Below are positions 6,587 to 12,025 of a DNA stretch of 12,025 nt, one piece after another. The position numbers were made by a program, and so were the translations under genes. Below the pieces are notes generated by a model. The model did not search any database. It was not told where the DNA came from and worked only from the letters and a program-made list of their open reading frames with translations. Each line of letters starts with the position of its first letter. The first letter of the stretch is position 1. This stretch comes from Candidatus Hermodarchaeota archaeon (lineage in GTDB: Archaea > Asgardarchaeota > Lokiarchaeia > Sigyniarchaeales > SOKP01). The stretch lies in contig JBHLLG010000089.1 in the NCBI GenBank assembly GCA_048885925.1, positions 1 to 12,025 on the forward strand. The letters are read 5' to 3'.

Positions 6587-7162
6587 TTAACTTAAACTTA
6601 AAGTCTTCAATCTTTGAATAATTTTCCATTCTATTATTAGCTTTTGTACGCTCATTGGGACTAAATGCTCCCAGCTGTCTTCATTTATCATAAAATTACG
6701 TATATCAGTTGAACTAAGTCCCTTTTTCTCTAACGGAACTTCCCAAAGCACGTGAATTTTCAATCCTAATGATTCAAAATATTCTTTTTTTTTTCTACCC
6801 CAATCATCATAGATAGTTAGAAAAAAAATCGCATCCATTGGTACGTAATATTTGACGAGTTCTGGAATATTAATGGGAAATGGGACAATAGAAAAATCAG
6901 AAAAATGTAAGTTTTGTTCTAAAAGAGCTTCTTGGACCATTTTATAACGTTCATAGTATGTTAATGGATTGGCAATAGGGTTACTCCTGTGAGGATTCAC
7001 TTCTGAATCTCTGGTTAAGGAAGGATCTGGATTCGTAATACCTACTATGAGATGTTTACATAATTTTTTTCCTGCTAAAAGATACTTTATATGATCATTA
7101 TGTAATATTTGGAATCTTCCATGAATCACTCCAATATCATAAATTGGGGTTTTTTTTTTCAT
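6587..7162 (-). CDS. Nicotinamide/nicotinate mononucleotide adenylyltransferase-like protein (NadM-like, cytidylyltransferase superfamily)
   Basis: GRFQILHNDH (HxGH variant), NPLTYYER, LSSTDIR and WEHLVP correspond to the NadM motifs GRFQPFHxGH, NPFT..ER, S.T.IR and W..LVP. Confidence 0.8.
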   Translation of the reverse strand: MKKKTPIYDIGVIHGRFQILHNDHIKYLLAGKKLCKHLIVGITNPDPSLTRDSEVNPHRSNPIANPLTYYERYKMVQEALLEQNLHFSDFSIVPFPINIPELVKYYVPMDAIFFLTIYDDWGRKKKEYFESLGLKIHVLWEVPLEKKGLSSTDIRNFMINEDSWEHLVPMSVQKLIIEWKIIQRLKTLSLS

Positions 7163-7342
7163 TTTAACTTGAAATAATTTTTACAGGATTGTAAGTCAGT
7201 TAATACAAAAAAGAATAAGAATTTTATTGTTTAAGCAAGAAATATTACTTTTTCTTCACTATTCTTTTAGTCTTATACTAATTAAAAATTATACTTAATA
7301 TTAGTATATATTTAATCAAAATATTTAATTATCCTGTCAATT

Positions 7343-8533
7343 ATGACAATCACAAACCTTTTTGAAGCAAAATTTGGCAAGTTAATAGATTCAAACAATG
7401 CATCTCAAGATAGTGTTAAATTTATTCATGCTAGCGATGTACATCTCGGTACGGCTCAATATAGTAATGATTATAGATCAGATGATTTCATTCGAGCTTT
7501 TCAAGAGATCTTGGAGTTAGCAATCACAAACCAAGTTGATTTTATTTTATTAGGAGGAGATGTATTTACATCACTAGAAATGCTACCAGGAAAACTAACT
7601 ATAATCGTTAAAATATTAAAGGATTTCAAAGAGTTTACAAATAGAACTATTTTAATCATATCCATAGAAGGGAATCATGATATCAGAAAATTCTCAAGAG
7701 GAAAAAGATTTGAACACCGAGGTCAGTCATGGTTAAAACTTTTAAATAGCTTAGGATTGATCATCCTCCTTGATACTGACTTAGATGTCCCTTTAGAAAA
7801 GATTTTTGAACCTTATAATTATAAAACAAAAAGAGGGGGAAAAATTCAAATTAAAGATGTAGTGATTTATGGGACACGTTATCTTGGCGAAAAACCAATA
7901 TTTTATCTCTCAAAAATAAGTAAAGCAATAAATGTTAATGATAATTTATTTAACATTCTTTTACAGCATTTTGGCATAGAAGGTCAAATGGAAAATATTC
8001 CTGGAGTTGGTTTGGATCAAATTCAAGCATTAAAACATCGAATAGATTATTTAGCTTTAGGTCATTTTCATAAGCAATTTATTGTCGAAGATTGGATTTA
8101 TAATCCTGGCTCTTCAGAAGCCGTTTGTTCTATTGATAATTCATTTAAAAGAGGTATTTTTTTAGTAGAAATTTCGAAAAAGTTAGGGAACTTCGCAAAA
8201 AAAGTAAAATCCATACGTTTATCAAATCGAAAGTACCTTTGGGAAACAGTTTTTTTGAATAATGAATTTAGAAATAGAAAAGATGTTGAAGAATACATAA
8301 TTAGTAAATTATACTCCTCATTAAAATATCTTAACAATAATATCAATCCATCGAATCCTCGAATGCCTATATTATATTTAATTTTAAAAGGTAAGGAACC
8401 GTCAAAAACTTGTAAAATAAAAGAAAAGGATTTAAAAACAAAAATTTACGAAAATTTTCCTGTTGTAGATGTTAAAATTTACCAGAAATTTGAAAAATTA
8501 TTAAGGACCTTAGATAATTATGTTTTAGCTTGA
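7343..8533 (+). CDS. Mre11/SbcD-family metallophosphoesterase (DNA repair exonuclease-like)
   Basis: All five phosphoesterase motifs are present: HASDVHLG, GGDVF, GNHD, LQH, YLALGHFH, followed by YNPGSSE and a capping-domain-like C-terminus. No symbol is given because orthology to canonical mre11 is uncertain without an adjacent rad50. Confidence 0.9.
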   Translation: MTITNLFEAKFGKLIDSNNASQDSVKFIHASDVHLGTAQYSNDYRSDDFIRAFQEILELAITNQVDFILLGGDVFTSLEMLPGKLTIIVKILKDFKEFTNRTILIISIEGNHDIRKFSRGKRFEHRGQSWLKLLNSLGLIILLDTDLDVPLEKIFEPYNYKTKRGGKIQIKDVVIYGTRYLGEKPIFYLSKISKAINVNDNLFNILLQHFGIEGQMENIPGVGLDQIQALKHRIDYLALGHFHKQFIVEDWIYNPGSSEAVCSIDNSFKRGIFLVEISKKLGNFAKKVKSIRLSNRKYLWETVFLNNEFRNRKDVEEYIISKLYSSLKYLNNNINPSNPRMPILYLILKGKEPSKTCKIKEKDLKTKIYENFPVVDVKIYQKFEKLLRTLDNYVLA

Positions 8534-8602
8534 TTAATGAAGAGCATTTCGTTTATTATTTTATTTTAAAGTTTATTAAAGACTTAAACAAACATAGTTA
8601 TT

Positions 8603-10207
8603 ATGAGGATAAACTATTTTTTAAAAAAAAATAAATTTTTTTCAATAATTTCTATTGCATTTTTTGTATGGTTAATTTTTCTTACAATTTTATCTATTAT
8701 CTCTCAAAGAAATGTATTATTCTATGATGTTCTTGCGCAAGAGGATATCTCTTCAGAATTTTCAAGTAAATTGCCAGCTCAAAGATACTTTATAGAACCT
8801 TTTTATGCTATTGCTTATGTTTTAGAATTTGAATTTACTTGGATGTTTCTATTTTTAATGTTTTATCCAATTGTAAGAGGAATATATTTGTATTTAAAAA
8901 AAAGAGGTTTGCTTAATTCCAATAAATATCAATCTATAAGCTATCCTTTAGTGGATATTCTTTATTTTTCTTTCAAAATTTTTATGTCTATTCTTTTAAT
9001 TATAGGTCTATCTATGCTTATTGGGTATCTAATACTAGGTTTTTACTTTGTTAGTAGATATTTTATGGTCCCAGTTCAAATAGGCATTCATGCAGGCTTG
9101 ATTCTCATTTTTATAAAAGTAGGTTATACTTTACTCAAATTATTTCATCCGAAATTAAAACTTAACTTAATTAAAAAATTTTCAAAACCAAGAAAAAATA
9201 AAAGTGTCAGGAGACAGAGCCTAAAAAGGGAAATAGTGTTTTATATTAGCATTGGTGCTTTATTACTTAGTGCTAATATAATCTTAATCTCTACACCGTT
9301 CCCATCTCATGAAATAATCCCTACTATACCACTTGAAGAGGATGAATTTTTATTTGATTTTCATGTTCACACTATAATGTCAGATGGTTGGCTTACAATC
9401 GAAGAAAGAATAAATTGGTATATCCAACAAGGTATCTCCGGAGCTGCATTTTCAGACCATGATAATATAAGAGGAGCTAGAATTGCCCAAAAATATGTAG
9501 ATGAACAAGGATTAGATTTTATTGTCTTTATGGCAGAAGAATGGACGGATAATGACCTTGACATCCACATTAACTATTTTGGTCTAGCCGAAGAAATAGT
9601 TTCACCAATGTCAGATAACCCTTTCACTTTAGTAATGAATGCTTCGGATATGATTGAATACGTTAAAAGTAAAGGAGGATATGTGATTGTAAATCATTAT
9701 AATTACGATCCAAATCCGAATGGAGGGTATGGAGTTCCTTATACCTTAGATCAATTGAGAGGGTGGGGTGTTGACGGTTTTGAAATCGTTAATGGTGATA
9801 GCTATGGAAGTAAATACCAACATATAAGGAATTATTGTTTAGATTATAATCTAACCTGTATTGGAGGAAGTGATATTCATACCTGTGAAGATTTAAACAC
9901 ATTTATTAAATTGAAACTAGAAGATCCAACAAATTTAACTATATCTAATATTTTTGAAACCTTAAAAAAGAATACTCATCAAGTTATCGCAATTAGATTA
10001 AACCCTAAAACTGTAGATTTCTCTGGAGATTTGAACGATATTGGATTTTATGTGTTACAAGATTTCATAAATTATATTTTAAATATAAATGTGTACCAAA
10101 CTCTGTCTTGGATTATTTGGTCAGTATTAATCTATTTAATCTTCTATATTGCCTATAGAAAGATAAAGCGAGTGGATTTAGAGTTGTTAAAATATAAAAT
10201 TTTTTAG
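8603..10207 (+). CDS. Polytopic membrane protein with a PHP-family phosphoesterase domain
   Basis: About 5 N-terminal TM segments, then PHP motifs DFHVHT..SDG, FSDHD, EEW, HIN, VNH and GGSDIH, then one C-terminal TM helix. Confidence 0.85.
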   Translation: MRINYFLKKNKFFSIISIAFFVWLIFLTILSIISQRNVLFYDVLAQEDISSEFSSKLPAQRYFIEPFYAIAYVLEFEFTWMFLFLMFYPIVRGIYLYLKKRGLLNSNKYQSISYPLVDILYFSFKIFMSILLIIGLSMLIGYLILGFYFVSRYFMVPVQIGIHAGLILIFIKVGYTLLKLFHPKLKLNLIKKFSKPRKNKSVRRQSLKREIVFYISIGALLLSANIILISTPFPSHEIIPTIPLEEDEFLFDFHVHTIMSDGWLTIEERINWYIQQGISGAAFSDHDNIRGARIAQKYVDEQGLDFIVFMAEEWTDNDLDIHINYFGLAEEIVSPMSDNPFTLVMNASDMIEYVKSKGGYVIVNHYNYDPNPNGGYGVPYTLDQLRGWGVDGFEIVNGDSYGSKYQHIRNYCLDYNLTCIGGSDIHTCEDLNTFIKLKLEDPTNLTISNIFETLKKNTHQVIAIRLNPKTVDFSGDLNDIGFYVLQDFINYILNINVYQTLSWIIWSVLIYLIFYIAYRKIKRVDLELLKYKIF

Positions 10208-10269
10208 CTTTATTGTGTACTTTTTCGTTTAAGCCTTGTAAAAAAGCAAGAATGTTCTAAAATATTATT

Positions 10270-10725
10270 CTATATATAATAACCAGTGTTATCTTCCTTA
10301 TAATTATCTGAATCATCGTCATCGTCGTCATCTTGACCCAGAAATTTTTTAAAGTATTTTATTAATTCTTCTGGATTATCTTTAAAATCTTTAGGGAGAT
10401 CATTAGGGTCTATTCTAATAATACCACCACTTTTCATAGGTATTATTTTATTGCGTATATTTTTCTCAATTCTTTCTTGTCTTTTCTCATTCAATAGTAA
10501 TTCTCTTTTCATCAATTCCTTTAATTCATTTACAACAAGTTTATCCAAATAGCTGGGTTCAAATTCTAAAAGATCTTCATGATTATAGAATTTAGAAATT
10601 CTTTTAATTGCTTTTTCTTTTTTAGATTCTGGAATTTGACTAATACTTTCAAGGTTTAACATTGATAAGATGTTTAACCAATCAAGTTTAAAGGTCCAAC
10701 TTAATTCTTTTTCGTCTTCTTCCAT
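10270..10725 (-). CDS. Hypothetical charged protein with a poly-Asp C-terminal tail
   Basis: 151-aa K/E-rich ORF ending QDDDDDDDSDNYKEDNTGYYI. No family recognised. Confidence 0.75.
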   Translation of the reverse strand: MEEDEKELSWTFKLDWLNILSMLNLESISQIPESKKEKAIKRISKFYNHEDLLEFEPSYLDKLVVNELKELMKRELLLNEKRQERIEKNIRNKIIPMKSGGIIRIDPNDLPKDFKDNPEELIKYFKKFLGQDDDDDDDSDNYKEDNTGYYI

Positions 10726-10946
10726 TTTTAGTAAGTTTTTTGGTCTATTTAATAATAATTTAGATAAGAATTAAACTTTTTTCCCACACTTTTATAATGT
10801 AACCAATAAATGAGACTTATAAATTTAATGATTTCAATTAATAATATCCGAATTATGATTTCTTTTCAGAAATTTTAAAATTATGAGACAATCATTCATA
10901 TAGGATATTCTATTTTTAGAAAAGAGGTTGTTATTCAAAATAATAA

Positions 10947-11783
10947 CTAATTACTAATAAATTTTCGAATTTTTGACGAAACAAATTCAGGATCATCATG
11001 GGTAATCCAATGTGAAGAAGTTTCATGTCTTTCTATTTGTAAATCTTTAATATAATCGGATAATCCTTCTAATAATTGGGGTTTCAAAGCTAAATCATTC
11101 ATTCCCCACAAAACTAAGGTAGGAACTTCAATCATACCTGTCCATTCACTAAAACTCCTATTTGCCCTATAATAATTTACACCTCCTTCTATTGCTCCAG
11201 GTTGAGACCAAGCCTCAATGTATTTCTGTCTATCAAAATCGGTAAAATGTTCTGTAAAAACTGCTGCTTTTAATGCTTTATAATCGTTTTCAATAATGAA
11301 CTTTTCACCATGAGGTTTATAAAATTCAAATATATAAAAACTCGCTTTTTGTTGCTCTTTATCAGTTCTTAATTTTTGTTCAAAAATTTTATGGTGTGGC
11401 GCATTCAATATAATTAATTTATTTAACAATTGGGGATATTTTTCAGCAAATAACCAAGCTATAGCGCCCCCCCAGTCATGTCCTGCTAAGTTAAACTTCC
11501 CTAATTTTAATGCTTCACTCAATCCTTTAATATCTTCTATTAGAATTTCTATTTTGTAATTTTCGACACCTTTAGGCTTATCAGATAAATTATACCCTCT
11601 CAAATCTGGGACTATTAATCTAAAATCATCTCTAAGAAGAGGTATTACTTTTGACCAGCAATACCAAAATTCTGGAAAACCATGTAATAAAATCAAAGGT
11701 TCTCCCGATCCTACAAGAATGGTATGAAGTTTTATCCCATTTGTTTCTATAAATACTTCTTTTTTCTCATCTAAGATTGTCAT
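10947..11783 (-). CDS. Alpha/beta hydrolase, epoxide-hydrolase-like
   Basis: HGFP oxyanion motif, DLRGYNLS, Asp nucleophile in GHDWGG, candidate lid tyrosines (SFYI, NYYRAN), acid in WGMND and catalytic His in SSHW. Confidence 0.92.
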   Translation of the reverse strand: MTILDEKKEVFIETNGIKLHTILVGSGEPLILLHGFPEFWYCWSKVIPLLRDDFRLIVPDLRGYNLSDKPKGVENYKIEILIEDIKGLSEALKLGKFNLAGHDWGGAIAWLFAEKYPQLLNKLIILNAPHHKIFEQKLRTDKEQQKASFYIFEFYKPHGEKFIIENDYKALKAAVFTEHFTDFDRQKYIEAWSQPGAIEGGVNYYRANRSFSEWTGMIEVPTLVLWGMNDLALKPQLLEGLSDYIKDLQIERHETSSHWITHDDPEFVSSKIRKFISN

Positions 11784-11899
11784 ATTTATTAAAATGGAAA
11801 AAATTATAATTACTTAACTAAATTGAATTAAAGATAAGAAAAATAGCTTAAAATAATATAAAAAATAGTAAAATTATTTCTTCAAAACCTTAAAATTCT

Positions 11900-12025
11900 T
11901 TATTCAAAATAATTCATGAATGATTTTGTAAAATCTTTTACGAATGAGTTGTTAATCTCACCGAATTTATAACGTCCGCGTGGTAATTTATCCTTCCCCG
12001 AAAAGTATTTCTTTAAGGAGAGTTC
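11900..12025 (-). CDS. 3' end of a gene entering from beyond the window, product unknown
   Basis: Open frame ELSLKKYFSGKDKLPRGRYKFGEINNSFVKDFTKSFMNYFE* with TAA at 11902-11900. GC is higher than in the flanking intergenic DNA. Confidence 0.65.
   Translation of the reverse strand, partial: ELSLKKYFSGKDKLPRGRYKFGEINNSFVKDFTKSFMNYFE

Noticed and set aside
7274-7308. 9-bp inverted repeat TATACTAAT/ATTAGTATA in the divergent promoter region
   Set aside because: Short, AT-rich and with a long spacer; not distinguishable from chance.
8098-8346. 82-aa minus-strand ORF
   Set aside because: Antisense shadow inside the Mre11-like gene.
9367-9570. 67-aa minus-strand ORF
   Set aside because: Antisense to the PHP catalytic motifs.
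10312-10333. (TCA/TCG)n trinucleotide run as a contingency repeat
   Set aside because: It is mixed GAT/GAC codons encoding the poly-Asp tract, so it is explained at the protein level.
1-12025. CRISPR array, tRNA/rRNA, IS element or prophage
   Set aside because: I saw no regularly spaced repeats, no GC-rich structured RNA segment, and no transposase, integrase or viral hallmark ORF.

Overview
Very AT-rich (roughly 27-30% GC by eye), gene-dense prokaryotic DNA that reads like Asgard archaeal (Lokiarchaeia/Promethearchaeota-type) chromosome. This is inferred from a Loki-type 'EEFWGHCSN-Q-W' domain, a stand-alone longin-like protein and stand-alone 7TM paralogs; it is not a database result. In order, the window holds: a partial Loki-type gene missed by the ORF track, a decayed coding stretch (about 708-1250), a membrane-anchored hypothetical, a GyrI-like ligand-binding protein, a mirror-arranged cassette (7TM-A > longin-like > < GNAT < 7TM-B), an NMN adenylyltransferase-like enzyme divergent from an Mre11/SbcD-like nuclease with no adjacent Rad50, a polytopic membrane PHP phosphoesterase, an acidic-tailed hypothetical, an epoxide-hydrolase-like alpha/beta hydrolase, and the 3' end of another gene. 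I saw no rRNA, tRNA, CRISPR array or transposase. The best candidate for an undescribed system is the pair of output-less, N-out 7TM receptor-like paralogs bracketing a longin-like protein and an acetyltransferase, with palindromic operator-like sites upstream of three of the four genes. Functional linkage is a hypothesis only.
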